From assembly GCA_965204755.1 (NCBI GenBank), contig OZ242011.1, forward strand, positions 3,296,001 to 3,360,000: a stretch of DNA of 64,000 nucleotides. Direction: 5' to 3'. The DNA comes from Candidatus Marinacidobacterium sp. (GTDB lineage Bacteria > Acidobacteriota > Vicinamibacteria > Marinacidobacterales > Marinacidobacteraceae). A program made the translations under genes and the position numbers. Each line of letters opens with the position of its first letter. Position 1 is the stretch's first letter. Of the stretch, positions 36,279 through 47,070 are shown in pieces. Below the pieces are notes generated by a model. That model had not been told where the DNA came from. It saw only the letters and a program-made list of their open reading frames with translations, and ran no database searches.

Positions 36279-38639
36279 ATGGGCCGTTACATCGGCGCCG
36301 CGATGAAGCGGCGGGAGGATCCCCGTTTCCTGCAGGGGAAGGGGAGTTATGTGGCCAACCTCGACCTGCCCGGCATGGCGCATGTGGCGGTCGTCCGCAG
36401 CCCGCACGCCCACGCCCGCATCCTCTCGGTGGACGCTTCCGCCGCGCTGGCGATGCCCGGCGTCCTCCGGGTGTTCCTCGGGAAGGACTTCGCGGACGGC
36501 GGCTGCGGGGCGCTCCCCTGCGGCTGGCTGGTCCCGGACACCAAGGTGCCCGAGCGGCTGATCGTCTGCACCGACCGCGTCCGGCATGTGGGGGACTCGG
36601 TGGCGGTCGTCGTCGCGGAAGACCCCTACGCCGCCGCCGACGCCGCGGAAGCGGTGGTCGTCGAGTACGAGCCGCTGCCGGCGGTCACCGACGCCCGGAA
36701 GACCACCGAGCCGGACGCGCCGAAGGTCCACGACGGGATCGAGGACAACACCTCCTACCACTGGGAACTCGGCAACCGCGAGGTCGTGGAGAAAGCGCTC
36801 GCCGAGGCGGCGCACACCGTCGAAGTCGAAGTCGTGAACCAGCGGCTCATCCCCACCGCGATGGAGCCCCGCGCGGCGGCCGCCCGCTGGGACGCCGCGA
36901 CCGAGGAGATGACGGTCTGGACGACCAGCCAGAACCCGCACCCGATCCGGCTGCTCCTCTCCGCGTTCACCCTCGGCATCCCGGAGAGCCGGCTGCGGGT
37001 GATCTCGCCGGATGTGGGCGGCGGCTTCGGGAGCAAGATCTTCCACTACCCGGAAGAGGTGATCGTGCCGTGGGTGGCGCGCGAAATCGGCCGCCCGGCG
37101 AAGTGGGTGGCCACCCGCTCCGAGAGCCAGGTGACCGACTCCCACGGGCGCGACCATGTGACCGCGGCCCGGCTGGCGCTCGACGCCGAGGGCAACTTCA
37201 CCGGGCTCGAAGTCGAGACCTGGGCGAACCAGGGGGCCTACCTCTCCACCTTCGCCCCGCTGATCCCCACCGCGCTCTACATCACCCTCCTCTCCGGCAA
37301 CTACCGGATTCCCGGGGTCGTCGGGAAGATGCACGGGACGCTCACCAACACCGTGCCGGTGGACGCCTACCGGGGCGCCGGGCGGCCGGAAGCGGCCTAC
37401 CTGGTCGAGCGGCTGGTGGACCTGGCCGCCGCCGAGACCGGGATGGACCCGCTGCAGATCCGGATGCAGAACGCGATCCCGAAGGAGGACTTCCCCTACC
37501 AGACGCCGGTGGCCTTCTGCTACGACAGCGGCGACTACCACCGGCTGCTCGACGCCGCGAGCGACCTCGCCGACTACCCCGCTCTCAGGGCCGAGCAGGA
37601 GCACGCGCGGTCGGAGGGGCGGCTCCGCGGCGTGGGGATCGTCTGCTGCATCGAGGCCAGCGGGCCGGCGCCGTCGGCCGTCGCCGGATCGCTCGGCTCG
37701 GCGGTGGGGTTCTGGGAGAGCGGCGAAGTCCGCGTCCACCCCACCGGGCAGGTGAGCGTCTACACCGGCTCGCACTCGCACGGGCAGGGGCACGAGACCA
37801 CCTTCGCCCAGGTGGTGGCCGACGAACTGGGCATCCCCATCGAGAATGTGGAGGTCGTCCACGGCGACACCGGGCGCGTCCACTTCGGCATGGGCACCTA
37901 CGGCAGCCGCAGCGCCTGCGTGGGCGGCTCGGCGCTGGTCGAAAGCGCCCGCAAGGTGCGGGAGAAGGCGGTGAAGATCGCCGCGCACCTGCTCGAGGCC
38001 GCCGAAGAGGATGTGGTCTTCGACCGGGAGACCGGGCGGATCCAGGTCCAGGGGTCGCCCGACCGGGGGAAGGACTTCGGCGAAGTCGCCTTCGCCGCCT
38101 ACACCGCGCATAACCTGCCGGAGGGGATGGAGCCGGGGCTGGGCTTCACCAGTTTCTACGACCCCTCGAACTTCACCTTCCCGGCCAGCGCCCACATCTG
38201 CGAGGTGGACATCTCGCCGGACACCTGGGAAGTGCGGGTCCTCCGCTACTGCGCGGTGGACGATGTGGGGAAGGTCATCAACCCGATGATCGTGGAGGGG
38301 CAGATCACCGGGGGCATCGTGCAGGGCGTCGGGCAGGCGCTCACCGAGTACGGGGCCTACGACGACGAGGGGCAGCCGCTCGCCGGGACGCTCCTCGACT
38401 ACGCGGTGCCGCGGGCGGACCTCGTCCCGGAGATCGCGGTGGCCCGGATCGAGACGCCCTCGCCGCACAACCCGCTCGGGGTGAAGGGGGCGGGGGAGAT
38501 GGGGACCATCGCCGCGACCGCGGCGGTGGCGAACGCGGTGCACGACGCGCTCGCGCCGCTGGGCGTCCGGCAGGTGGACATGCCGCTCACCCCGGAGCGG
38601 ATCCACGCCGCGGTCGCCGCCGCTTCCGCCGCTTCCTGA
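36279..38639 (+). CDS. coxL: xanthine dehydrogenase family Mo subunit, form II CoxL-like
   Basis: [16 protein letters not shown] (form II type), HGQGHET, GTYGSRS, GVKGAGE. Confidence 0.88.
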   Translation: MGRYIGAAMKRREDPRFLQGKGSYVANLDLPGMAHVAVVRSPHAHARILSVDASAALAMPGVLRVFLGKDFADGGCGALPCGWLVPDTKVPERLIVCTDRVRHVGDSVAVVVAEDPYAAADAAEAVVVEYEPLPAVTDARKTTEPDAPKVHDGIEDNTSYHWELGNREVVEKALAEAAHTVEVEVVNQRLIPTAMEPRAAAARWDAATEEMTVWTTSQNPHPIRLLLSAFTLGIPESRLRVISPDVGGGFGSKIFHYPEEVIVPWVAREIGRPAKWVATRSESQVTDSHGRDHVTAARLALDAEGNFTGLEVETWANQGAYLSTFAPLIPTALYITLLSGNYRIPGVVGKMHGTLTNTVPVDAYRGAGRPEAAYLVERLVDLAAAETGMDPLQIRMQNAIPKEDFPYQTPVAFCYDSGDYHRLLDAASDLADYPALRAEQEHARSEGRLRGVGIVCCIEASGPAPSAVAGSLGSAVGFWESGEVRVHPTGQVSVYTGSHSHGQGHETTFAQVVADELGIPIENVEVVHGDTGRVHFGMGTYGSRSACVGGSALVESARKVREKAVKIAAHLLEAAEEDVVFDRETGRIQVQGSPDRGKDFGEVAFAAYTAHNLPEGMEPGLGFTSFYDPSNFTFPASAHICEVDISPDTWEVRVLRYCAVDDVGKVINPMIVEGQITGGIVQGVGQALTEYGAYDDEGQPLAGTLLDYAVPRADLVPEIAVARIETPSPHNPLGVKGAGEMGTIAATAAVANAVHDALAPLGVRQVDMPLTPERIHAAVAAASAAS

Positions 38640-38664
38640 GCGGCCCACCGAGAGGGGAACCCGG

Positions 38665-39537
38665 ATGTATCCGACTTCTTTCGACTACCACCGGCCCGCC
38701 TCGCTCGCCGAGGCGGTCGGCCTGCTCCGCGACCTGAAGGGCGGCGGGAAGGAGGCGAAGTTGCTCGCCGGCGGGCACAGCCTGATCCCGGCGATGAAAC
38801 TCCGCGTCGCCCGGCCGGCCGCGGTGGTGGACATCGGGCGGCTGCCCGGCCTGTCCGGCATCGCCGACGACGGCGACGGCCTCACCCTGGGCGCGCTCAC
38901 CACGCACGCCGAGGTGGCGGACTCGGAGGCGGTTCGGCGGGACTGTCCGCTGCTCGCCGAGGCCGCCGCCGCCATCGGGGACATCCAGGTGCGGAACCGG
39001 GGCACCTTGGGCGGGAGCCTCGCCCACGCGGATCCCGGCGCCGACTACCCGGCGGCGATGCTGGCGCTGGACGCGGAGATCACCGCGGTCGGGCCGGACG
39101 GCGAGCGGCGGTTCGGGGCGGCGGAGTTCTTCCTGGACATCTTCTCGACCGCGCTCGGGGACACCGAGGTGATCACTTCCGTCCGCGTGCCGAAGGCGCC
39201 GGGCGGGGCCTACCTGAAGCACCGGCACCCGGCGTCGAGTTACGCGGTGGTGGGCGCGGCGGCGCGGGTGGAGTTGGACGGCGGCGGGGCGGTGTCCGCG
39301 TGCGCGCTGGGGATCGGCGGCGTCGTCGGGAAGGCGGTGCTGGCCCGGGGCGCGGCGGAGGCGCTGGCCGGCGGGCCGCCCACGAAGGAGCGGATCGCCG
39401 CGGCCGCGGCGAGGATCGCGGAGAGCCTCGAGAACCCGATGGGCGACCTCTACGCCTCCGGCGAGTTCCGGACGCACCTGGCCGGGGTGTACGGCGGCCG
39501 GGCCCTGGCTCTCGCCGCCGAGCGGGCCGGCCGGTAA
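38665..39537 (+). CDS. coxM: FAD subunit (CoxM-like)
   Basis: LAGGHSLIPAMKLR, VRNRGTLGGSLAHADP. Confidence 0.9.
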   Translation: MYPTSFDYHRPASLAEAVGLLRDLKGGGKEAKLLAGGHSLIPAMKLRVARPAAVVDIGRLPGLSGIADDGDGLTLGALTTHAEVADSEAVRRDCPLLAEAAAAIGDIQVRNRGTLGGSLAHADPGADYPAAMLALDAEITAVGPDGERRFGAAEFFLDIFSTALGDTEVITSVRVPKAPGGAYLKHRHPASSYAVVGAAARVELDGGGAVSACALGIGGVVGKAVLARGAAEALAGGPPTKERIAAAAARIAESLENPMGDLYASGEFRTHLAGVYGGRALALAAERAGR

Positions 39538-39641
39538 ACGGTCGGTCCGCCGCCGTCTTCTTCGCGGGCGATGACGGCGAGCCATTGATGGCGAGCCCTC
39601 GACGGTGAGCCCTCGACGGTGAGCGCCTCGACGGTGAACGC

Positions 39642-40613
39642 TTGACGGCGGAAACGACCGGCGGCGGGGCGGCGGCCGCGTCCGAGCGCCCGGCCGCCGC
39701 GAGCAGCGGGGCCGGGTCGGTCCCCGAACTGCGGGAGGCGCTGGCGGCGCGGGGATACCTCGCCGACCCGGCGCTCGCGACCGCGCTCTACCTGGCGCTG
39801 CGGCTCGAACGGCCGCTGTTCCTCGAAGGGGAAGCCGGGGTCGGGAAGACGGAACTGGCGAAGGTGACCGCCTCGCTCACCGGCGCGCCGCTGATCCGGC
39901 TGCAGTGCTACGAGGGGCTGGACATCGCCCAGGCGGCCTACGAGTGGAACTACACCCGGCAGATGCTCGCCATCCGGCTGGCCGAGCGGTCGGGGGAGGC
40001 GATCGGGCAGGGGGACCTCTTCGGGCCGGAATACCTGCTGCGCCGGCCGCTGCTGACCGCGCTCGAGTCCTCCACCGGGGAGTCCCGCCCGGTGCTGCTC
40101 ATCGACGAAGTGGACCGGAGCGACGAGGAGTTCGAGGCCTACCTGCTCGAAGTCCTCTCCGACTTCCAGATCACCATCCCGGAGATCGGGGCGATCCGCG
40201 CCGCCGCGCCGCCGGTGGTCGTCCTGACCTCGAACCGGACGCGCGAAGTCCACGACGCGCTGAAGCGGCGCTGCCTCTACCACTGGATCCCCTATCCGGA
40301 CTACCGGCGGGAGTTGGAGATCGTCCGCGAGCGGGTGCCCCAGGCGGCGGCCCGGCTGGCGGCGGAGGCGACGCGGTTCGCGCAGGAACTCCGCGAGTTG
40401 GACCTGTTCAAGCGGCCCGGCGTCTCGGAGACCCTGGACTGGACGACCGCGCTGGCGGCCCTCGGCCAGACCGCGCTGGACGAAGCCGCGGTGGACCGGA
40501 CGCTGGGGGCGCTCCTGAAGTACCGGGACGACCTGGACCTGGTGCGGGGGGAGCGCGCGGCGGCGATCCTGGCCCGCGTGGACGCCCCCGCCGGCGACTC
40601 GGCCGGGCCGTGA
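39642..40613 (+). CDS. coxD: MoxR-type AAA+ ATPase (CoxD-like)
   Basis: LEGEAGVGKT, RLQCYEG, LIDEVDR, TSNRTREVHDALKRRC. Confidence 0.88.
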   Translation: MTAETTGGGAAAASERPAAASSGAGSVPELREALAARGYLADPALATALYLALRLERPLFLEGEAGVGKTELAKVTASLTGAPLIRLQCYEGLDIAQAAYEWNYTRQMLAIRLAERSGEAIGQGDLFGPEYLLRRPLLTALESSTGESRPVLLIDEVDRSDEEFEAYLLEVLSDFQITIPEIGAIRAAAPPVVVLTSNRTREVHDALKRRCLYHWIPYPDYRRELEIVRERVPQAAARLAAEATRFAQELRELDLFKRPGVSETLDWTTALAALGQTALDEAAVDRTLGALLKYRDDLDLVRGERAAAILARVDAPAGDSAGP

Positions 40614-41881
40614 GCGGAGCGGGCCGCGACCCCGCCCGGCGCCCGCCCGAAGTCACCGGCGCGGCCCGGGCTGCGCGGGATTCGTCGGCGCCGGACTCGC
40701 CGGCGCCCGGCGGTTCGGTCGGGCTTCCGCCGCTGCTCCAGAACCTCACCCTCTTCGGGCGGCTCCTTCGCGGACTGGGACTCCCGGTCTCCACCGCGCG
40801 GATGCTCGACCTGGCGGAGGCGCTGCCGCTGCTGGATGTCTTCCGGCGGGAGGAGTTCCACGCGGCGGCGGCGGCCCTGCTCATCCACCGGCGCGAGGAC
40901 CGGGAACTCTTCGACGCGGCGTTCCGCCTGTTCTGGGAGACGCCGCCCGACCGCTGGAGCCGGGCGAAGTTGCCGGGGACGCCGCTCGCCCGGCCCCGGC
41001 GTCCGCCCCCGGCCACCTTCCGCATCGCGCAGGGGGCGGCCGCCGGAGCGGACGACGACCGGCCGCCGCGCCCGGTGGCGCAGCGCACCTGGAGCGACCG
41101 GGAGGTCCTGGAGCGGCGCGACTTCTCCGACCTCGACGCCGACGAACTCCGCGAGGTGCAGCGGCTCATCCGCGAGGCCGGCTGGGAGGCGGCGCGCCGG
41201 CGGGTGGTGCGGTGCCGGCCCGGCGGCCGCCGGGCGCTCGACCTCCGGCGGACGCTGCGCCGGGGCCTGCGCTCCGGGGGCGAGTGGATGCGCCTCGAAC
41301 GGCGGCGCCGCCGGGAGAAGCCGCGTCCGGTGATCGCGCTGGCCGATGTGAGCGGCTCGATGGAGCGGACCGCGCGGGTGCTCCTCCACTTCCTCTACGG
41401 GCTGGCGCAGGGCTCGCCGGGGCGGGTGGAGGCGTTCGTCTTCGCCACCCGGCTGACCCGGCTCACCCGCAAGTTGTCCGACCGCCGGGTGGACCGGGCG
41501 CTGGCCCAGGCGTCGGAGGCGGTCCGCGACTGGTCGGGCGGCACCCGGATCGGCGAGGCGCTGCGCCGGTTCAACCACGACTGGGCGCGGCGGCTCCCCA
41601 CTTCCTCGGCGGTGGTGGTGCTGGTGAGCGACGGCTGGGATCGGGGGGACCCGGCGCTCACCGCGGCGGAGATGGAGCGGCTGCGGGGGCTGGCCTGGCG
41701 GATCGTCTGGCTGAACCCGCTGCTCGCCGACCCCGGCTACGAACCGCTGACCCGCGGGATGCGGGCGGCGCTCCCCTTCGTCCACGACTTCCTCGCGGTG
41801 AACGACCTGCGGAGCGTCCGCGAACTCGCCGAACACCTGCGCCGGCTGGGGCGGCGGCCCGCGCCGGGTCGCGCCGCATAA
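40610..41881 (+). CDS. coxE: VWA domain CoxE-like protein
   Basis: LDLRRTLR, ADVSGSM, FATRLT, WSGGTRIG, VSDGWD, WLNP; GTGA overlap start. Confidence 0.88.
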   Translation: MSGAGRDPARRPPEVTGAARAARDSSAPDSPAPGGSVGLPPLLQNLTLFGRLLRGLGLPVSTARMLDLAEALPLLDVFRREEFHAAAAALLIHRREDRELFDAAFRLFWETPPDRWSRAKLPGTPLARPRRPPPATFRIAQGAAAGADDDRPPRPVAQRTWSDREVLERRDFSDLDADELREVQRLIREAGWEAARRRVVRCRPGGRRALDLRRTLRRGLRSGGEWMRLERRRRREKPRPVIALADVSGSMERTARVLLHFLYGLAQGSPGRVEAFVFATRLTRLTRKLSDRRVDRALAQASEAVRDWSGGTRIGEALRRFNHDWARRLPTSSAVVVLVSDGWDRGDPALTAAEMERLRGLAWRIVWLNPLLADPGYEPLTRGMRAALPFVHDFLAVNDLRSVRELAEHLRRLGRRPAPGRAA

Positions 41882-41899
41882 TTCCGGCGGAGGGAACGA

Positions 41900-42970
41900 G
41901 TGCGCGACATCGCCCCGGTGCTGGACCCTTGGCTCCGGGAAGGGGGCCGGGGGGACGGGCCGCCGCCGGCGCTCGCCACCGTGGTGGCCACCTGGGGTTC
42001 CGGGCCGCGCCGGCCGGGGGCGCGGATGACGGTGGACGCGGACTCGCGGATCACCGGCTCCGTCAGCGGCGGCTGCGTCGAGGCCAATGTGGTCGAGGCG
42101 GCGCGGCAGGTGGTGGAGACCGGCCGGCCCCGGTTGCTGAAGTTCGCCGTGTCCGACGAGTTGGCCTGGGGGGCGGGGCTCGCCTGCGGCGGCTCGCTGA
42201 GCGTCTTCGTGGAGCCGGCGCACCGGGGCGCGCTCGCCGCCGCGCGCGAGGGGATGGAGGCCCGGGTTCCGGTGGCCTACGCCGTGGTCACCGAGGGGGA
42301 ACGCGCCGGGGAGTCCGTGGTGGCGCGGGGCGGCGGCGCTCCGTCCGTCCGCGGGTTCGCGCCCGGCTCCGACGAGCCGGGGCCGCCGGCGCCGGAGTTG
42401 GCCTCCTTCGTCGAAGCGGCGCTCGCCGCCGGGGCGCCCCGCTCCGGGGAATCCGCCGCCGGGCCGGTGTTCTGCGACCTGGTGCTGCCGCCGCCGGTGG
42501 TCGTGGTCGTCGGGGGCGTCCACATCGCCCAGGCGCTCGTCCGGCTGGCGGAGACCGTCGGCTACCGCCCGGTGCTCTGCGACCCGCGTCCGGTGTTCGC
42601 GTCGCCGGAGCGGTTCCCCGGCGTGGAACTCGTCGCCGAGTGGCCGGAGGCGGCGTTCGCCCGCGTGGGGCTGGACGCCGGCTGCGCGGTCGCGGCGCTG
42701 ACCCACGACCCGAAACTGGACGACCCGGCGCTCCGGGCGGCGCTCGAGAGCCCCGCGTTCTATGTGGGGGCGCTCGGCAGCCGGAAGACCCACGCCCGGC
42801 GGCTGGCCCGCCTCCGGGAGGCCGGGGTCGCCGAGGAGCGACTGGCGCGGCTCCGGGCGCCGATCGGGCTCCCCATCGGGGCGAGGTCGCCGCAGCAGAT
42901 CGCCCTCTCGGTCATGGCGGAGATCGTGGCCGCCCGGAACGGCGCCCTCGACCGGCCCCCGTCGGCGTGA
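41900..42970 (+). CDS. XdhC/CoxF family Mo-cofactor insertion protein
   Basis: TWGSGPR..G, GSVSGGCVE, GLACGG, THDPKLD, YVGALGS, RAPIGL. Confidence 0.9.
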   Translation: MRDIAPVLDPWLREGGRGDGPPPALATVVATWGSGPRRPGARMTVDADSRITGSVSGGCVEANVVEAARQVVETGRPRLLKFAVSDELAWGAGLACGGSLSVFVEPAHRGALAAAREGMEARVPVAYAVVTEGERAGESVVARGGGAPSVRGFAPGSDEPGPPAPELASFVEAALAAGAPRSGESAAGPVFCDLVLPPPVVVVVGGVHIAQALVRLAETVGYRPVLCDPRPVFASPERFPGVELVAEWPEAAFARVGLDAGCAVAALTHDPKLDDPALRAALESPAFYVGALGSRKTHARRLARLREAGVAEERLARLRAPIGLPIGARSPQQIALSVMAEIVAARNGALDRPPSA

Positions 42971-43066
42971 CCGACCGGCGGCCCGCGGAGAGAGTTCGCG
43001 GAGCGCCGGCCGGCGCGAAGCGCTGCCCGGGGAGGGGCGCCGGGAGGGCGTGGCCCCCTCCCCGCG

Positions 43067-43873
43067 ATGGACGGCGGGGGGAATCGCGCAGCGATTCGCG
43101 CCGCTGAGGTGGGCGTCGGCGAGCGCGGCGCCCGCGGCCCGGCGGGGGCGCCGGCGCTCGAAATGCGGGGGGTCTCGAAGGTCCACCGGCAGGCCGACGG
43201 CTCGCCGCTGACCGTGGTGAGCGGAGTGGCCCTGGCGCTCGAGGCCGGCGAGACCGCGGCCGTCCTCGGGCGGTCCGGGAGCGGGAAGAGCACGCTGCTC
43301 CACCTCGCCGCCGGGATCGAGACCCCGACCGCCGGCGTCGTCCGGCTGGCCGGGCGCGACCTGGCCGCGCTGGGCGACCGGGAGCGCAGCCGGTTCCGGG
43401 GGCGGTCGGCGGGGCTGGTCTTCCAGTCCTTCCACCTCATCCCCTACCTGACGGCGCGGGAGAACCTGCTGCTCCCGGCGCGGATCGCCGGGACTTCGCG
43501 CCTCGCGGACGGGGAGACCGTGGAGGACGCCGCCGACCGGCTCCTCGACGCCGTCCAACTGCGTAATCGCGCCGGGGAGCCCGCCCGCCACCTCTCCGGC
43601 GGGGAGATGCAGCGCGCCGCGATCGCCCGGGCGCTGCTCCTCCGCCCGCCGCTGGTGCTGGCCGACGAGCCCACCGGCAACCTGGACGGGGCGGTCGCCG
43701 CGCCGGTGGTGGACCTCCTGTTCTCGATGGCCGAGGGGCAGGGGGCGGCGCTGCTGGTCGCCACCCACGACCCGGGCCTCGCCGGGAGTTGCCGCGTCCG
43801 CTACCGCCTCGACGACGCCTCCCTCGCCCGGCTGCCGGACGGGGAGGATCCGGCGCCGGGCGCGGCGCGGTGA
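43067..43873 (+). CDS. ABC transporter ATP-binding protein (LolD/MacB-like)
   Basis: GRSGSGKS, LSGGEMQR, LADEPTGNLD, VATHD. Confidence 0.9.
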   Translation: MDGGGNRAAIRAAEVGVGERGARGPAGAPALEMRGVSKVHRQADGSPLTVVSGVALALEAGETAAVLGRSGSGKSTLLHLAAGIETPTAGVVRLAGRDLAALGDRERSRFRGRSAGLVFQSFHLIPYLTARENLLLPARIAGTSRLADGETVEDAADRLLDAVQLRNRAGEPARHLSGGEMQRAAIARALLLRPPLVLADEPTGNLDGAVAAPVVDLLFSMAEGQGAALLVATHDPGLAGSCRVRYRLDDASLARLPDGEDPAPGAAR

Positions 43874-45177
43874 TCCGGCTCCTCCTCCGCGCCGCCCCGG
43901 CGCGGTTCCGGGCGGCGCCGGCGCTGTCGCTGCTGCCGGTGTTCGCCATCGCGCTGGGCGTGGCCGCGGTGCTGTCCATCCAACTGGTGAACCGGGCGGC
44001 GCTGGACACGCTCGACGCCGGCCTGGAAGCGGTCTCCGGGGCGAGCGACCTGCGGCTCGAAGGGGTGGTGCTGGAGCCGGGCGCGGTTCCCGACCGGGCG
44101 TGGCCGGAAACGCTCGCCGTTCCCGGCATCGGGAGCGCCTCGCCGGTCGCGCGCCTCCGGCGGGTCTCGCTCGCCGCCGGGGAGCGCCGGGCCACCGCGG
44201 AGGCCTACGGGGTGGACCTGCTCTCCACCGGGTTCGCCTTCGCCGAAGGCGGGTCGGGGGGCGGGGCGCCGACGGGCGCGGCGGCGCCGCTGTTCGACTC
44301 GGCGGCGTTCTTCGCCGGCGGGATCACCCTGCCGGCGTCCCTCGCGGCGCGCCTCGGCGTCTCGCTGGGACGGGAGGTCACCGTCTCCTCCGGGGACCGG
44401 GCCCGCGAAATGGTGGTCGCCGGGATCTACGGCGACCGGGGTTCGGGCGGCGGCGACCGGGGTTCGAGCGGCGGCGCCGCGGGGGGAGGCCGGGGCGGGC
44501 CGGTCTTCCTCGACCTGGCCTACGCGCAGGCGCTCCGGGGCCGGGCCGGGTTGGACCGGATCGAGATCCGCCTCGCCCCCGGCGCGGAGGCGGCGGCGGT
44601 GGCGGAGGCGCTCCGCGGGCGGTTCCCCGGCGTCCGGGTGGCCGAGCCCTCGACCCTGCGCCGGGAAGGCGCCGACCTCTTCGCCGCCTTCCGGCTGAAC
44701 CTGACCGCGCTCTCCGCGGTCAGCCTGCTGGTCGGCGCGTTCCTGGTGTACGCCAGCGTCCGCGCCGGACTGGCCGCCCGGCGCCGCGAGATCGGGCTCT
44801 ACCGGGCGCTCGGCGCCCCCGCCGGGAGCGTGGGCGCGGCGCTCGCCGGGGAAGTCGCGCTCGCCGCGCTGCTCGGCGGGGCGGTCGGGCTCCCGCTGGG
44901 GCTGGCCGCCGCCCGCGCCGGGCTCGACCGGGTGAGCGCCACGATGACCAACTTCTACCTCCTCGAGCGGATCGAGGAACTGGCGGTCACTCCCGGCGTC
45001 CTCACCGCTTCGCTCGCGGTCGGCCTCGCCGCCGCGCTGGCCGGCGCCTGGCCGGAGATCCGCTCGGAGATCCGCCGGCCCCCGGTCTCGCTGCTCGCCC
45101 CGGGGCGCGAGCCGCCCGGCGGCGGCCGCCGGCCCTACGCCGCCGCGGCGTTCGGCGTCTCGACTTCGACGGTTTAG
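43870..45177 (+). pseudogene. FtsX/MacB-like ABC permease, 5' part, interrupted by IS
   Basis: AIALGVAAV, RRREIGLYRALGA; frame runs into the IS left end and stops at 45177. Confidence 0.82.
44560..45158 (+). repeat. ~600-bp direct repeat, left copy (target duplication)
   Basis: appears identical to 47071-47669 (offset 2511); boundaries ambiguous by 1 nt. Confidence 0.92.
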
Positions 45178-47070
45178 CCCGGTCTGAGACCGGGAAGTCC
45201 TTGGTGCCCTTGGGGCGGCAGCTTGGATCCGGTTTGTAGTGTGCCGTGGTATTTGGTGATGAGTAACTTACTGCTATCATTCCCGCGTGTTCGTCCGCAA
45301 GTTCCGCCGGAAGAACCGGCCCGGCGTCGGCGTCCAGATCGTCCGGTCCTTCCGCGACGCCCGCGGCCGGCCCCGGCAGGAACTGATGGTCTCCATCGGC
45401 TCCGCCCCGGAAGGCCCGGCCCTCGACGCCCTGGTCGAAGTGGCCGAGAGGAAGGTGGCCGAACTCCGGCTGGCCCGTCGGCCCACCCTGTTCCCCACCG
45501 ACCTGCTGCTGCGCCAGGCGCTGGAGGCCCGCCAGGACCGGCGGACGCGCCGGGCGCGGTTGTCGGAGGTGAGCCAACTGCAGGAGGAGGCCCGCCTGAC
45601 CCTGGGGGTGCACGAGGTGTTCGGCGCGCTCTGGAGCGAGGCCGGACTGGACGGGGTGTGGGGTGCGGGGCACCCGGTGTCCGGTCGGGTGTTCCGGCAT
45701 GCGGTGATGCTGCGGCTGGCGGAGCCGGGCCGGAGCAAGCGGGGCCACGCGCAGGACCCGCAGCGGAACTACGGGCTGGAGATCCCGGTGGAGAAGTTCT
45801 ACCGGATGATGGACCGGCTGGACGGGGAGCGGATCGCGCGGCTCACCGCCCGGGTGGGGACGCAGGTTCGGCGGCTGCTGGGGGGCGAGGTGGAGGTGGT
45901 GTTCATGGATGTGACCACCCTTTCGTTCGCCTCGGAGCAGGAGGACGGGTTGCGGGCGAAGGGGTACAGCAAGGACCAGAAGCCGCACCGGGTGCAGGTG
46001 GTGCTGGCGCTGTTGCAGACGCGGGAGGGTTTGCCGCTGGGGTATCGGGTGTTCCCGGGGAACACGGCGGAGGTGAAGACGCTGCTTCCGTTGGTGGGGG
46101 AGTTGCGGGAGCGGTACCGGATCGGCCGGGTGGTGGTGGTGGCGGACGCGGCGATGCTGGGGACGAAGAACCTGGAGGCGTTGACGGCGGCCGGTTTCGA
46201 GTGGGTGGTGGCGGCGAAGCTCCGCCAGTTGCGGGGGAAGGACCTGGCGGCGCTGGCGGAGCCGGAGTCTTGGGCGGCTTCGGGGGAGGCGGGGCAGCGG
46301 CTGCGGGAGCACCGGGCGGAGGAGGGGGCGCTGCGGGGGCTTCGGCTGGTGGTGCGTTACTGCCCGAAGAAGGCGGAGCGGGACGCGGGGCTCCGGGCGA
46401 AGGCGGTGAAGCAGGCGAAGAAGCGGGAGGCGTCGGGGGTGAAGGGGAAGGGGCGGGCCGCGCGCTACCTGCGGGTGCGGCGGGACGCGGTGCGGTTCGA
46501 CCCGGATCTGGTGGAACGGGACGCGCGGTTCGACGGGCTCCACGGGGTGTTCACCAGCCTGGCGGACCCGCCGGCGGAGATCCGGGCGCACTACGGGGGG
46601 TTGTGGCGGATCGAGCAGGGGTTCCGGGTGCTGAAGGGCACGCTGGAAGTGCGCCCGGTGTTCCACTGGACGGAGCGGCGGGTGCGGGCGCACCTGGCGA
46701 TCTGCTACGCCGCCTTCGCGCTGCTCCGGTTGCTGCGCTGGCGTTACGCCCGGGCCTACCCGGAGGCGCCGCTGAGCGAGGAGCGGCTACTGCGGGAACT
46801 GCTCCGGGTGGAGGTCTCCCACGGCTGCGACCGGGGCACGAACGAGTGGTTCTTCCTGCCCTCGAAGGCCACCCCGGAGGCGGAGCGGATCTACCGGCTG
46901 GTGGGCCTGCGACTGCCCCGGCGGGCCACGCCGGTTCCACCCCCGAGGCGACTCCGCGAAGTCGCCTGACCTCCGACACCCCACCGCCGGACTCCCCCCG
47001 GTTGTAGTGTGCCTACGAAACCAAATCCCCAACTGTCAACCACTTACAAAGCCAAACCGTCGAAGTCAAG
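45159..47070 (+). mobile_element. IS1634-family insertion sequence (~1.9 kb)
   Basis: terminal inverted repeats CTCGACTTCGACGGTTTAGC (45159-45178) and reverse complement CTTGACTTCGACGGTTTGGC (47051-47070), 18/20 match; single transposase. Confidence 0.9.
45287..46969 (+). CDS. IS1634 family DDE transposase
   Basis: FMDVTTLSF, GYSKD, VFPGNTAE, VVADAAM, LWRIEQGFRVLK..LEVRPVFHW..RRVRAH. Confidence 0.92.
   Translation: MFVRKFRRKNRPGVGVQIVRSFRDARGRPRQELMVSIGSAPEGPALDALVEVAERKVAELRLARRPTLFPTDLLLRQALEARQDRRTRRARLSEVSQLQEEARLTLGVHEVFGALWSEAGLDGVWGAGHPVSGRVFRHAVMLRLAEPGRSKRGHAQDPQRNYGLEIPVEKFYRMMDRLDGERIARLTARVGTQVRRLLGGEVEVVFMDVTTLSFASEQEDGLRAKGYSKDQKPHRVQVVLALLQTREGLPLGYRVFPGNTAEVKTLLPLVGELRERYRIGRVVVVADAAMLGTKNLEALTAAGFEWVVAAKLRQLRGKDLAALAEPESWAASGEAGQRLREHRAEEGALRGLRLVVRYCPKKAERDAGLRAKAVKQAKKREASGVKGKGRAARYLRVRRDAVRFDPDLVERDARFDGLHGVFTSLADPPAEIRAHYGGLWRIEQGFRVLKGTLEVRPVFHWTERRVRAHLAICYAAFALLRLLRWRYARAYPEAPLSEERLLRELLRVEVSHGCDRGTNEWFFLPSKATPEAERIYRLVGLRLPRRATPVPPPRRLREVA

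Noticed and set aside
36279-38639. True aerobic CO dehydrogenase (form I)
   Set aside because: The active-site motif is AYRGAGR, not AYxCSFR.
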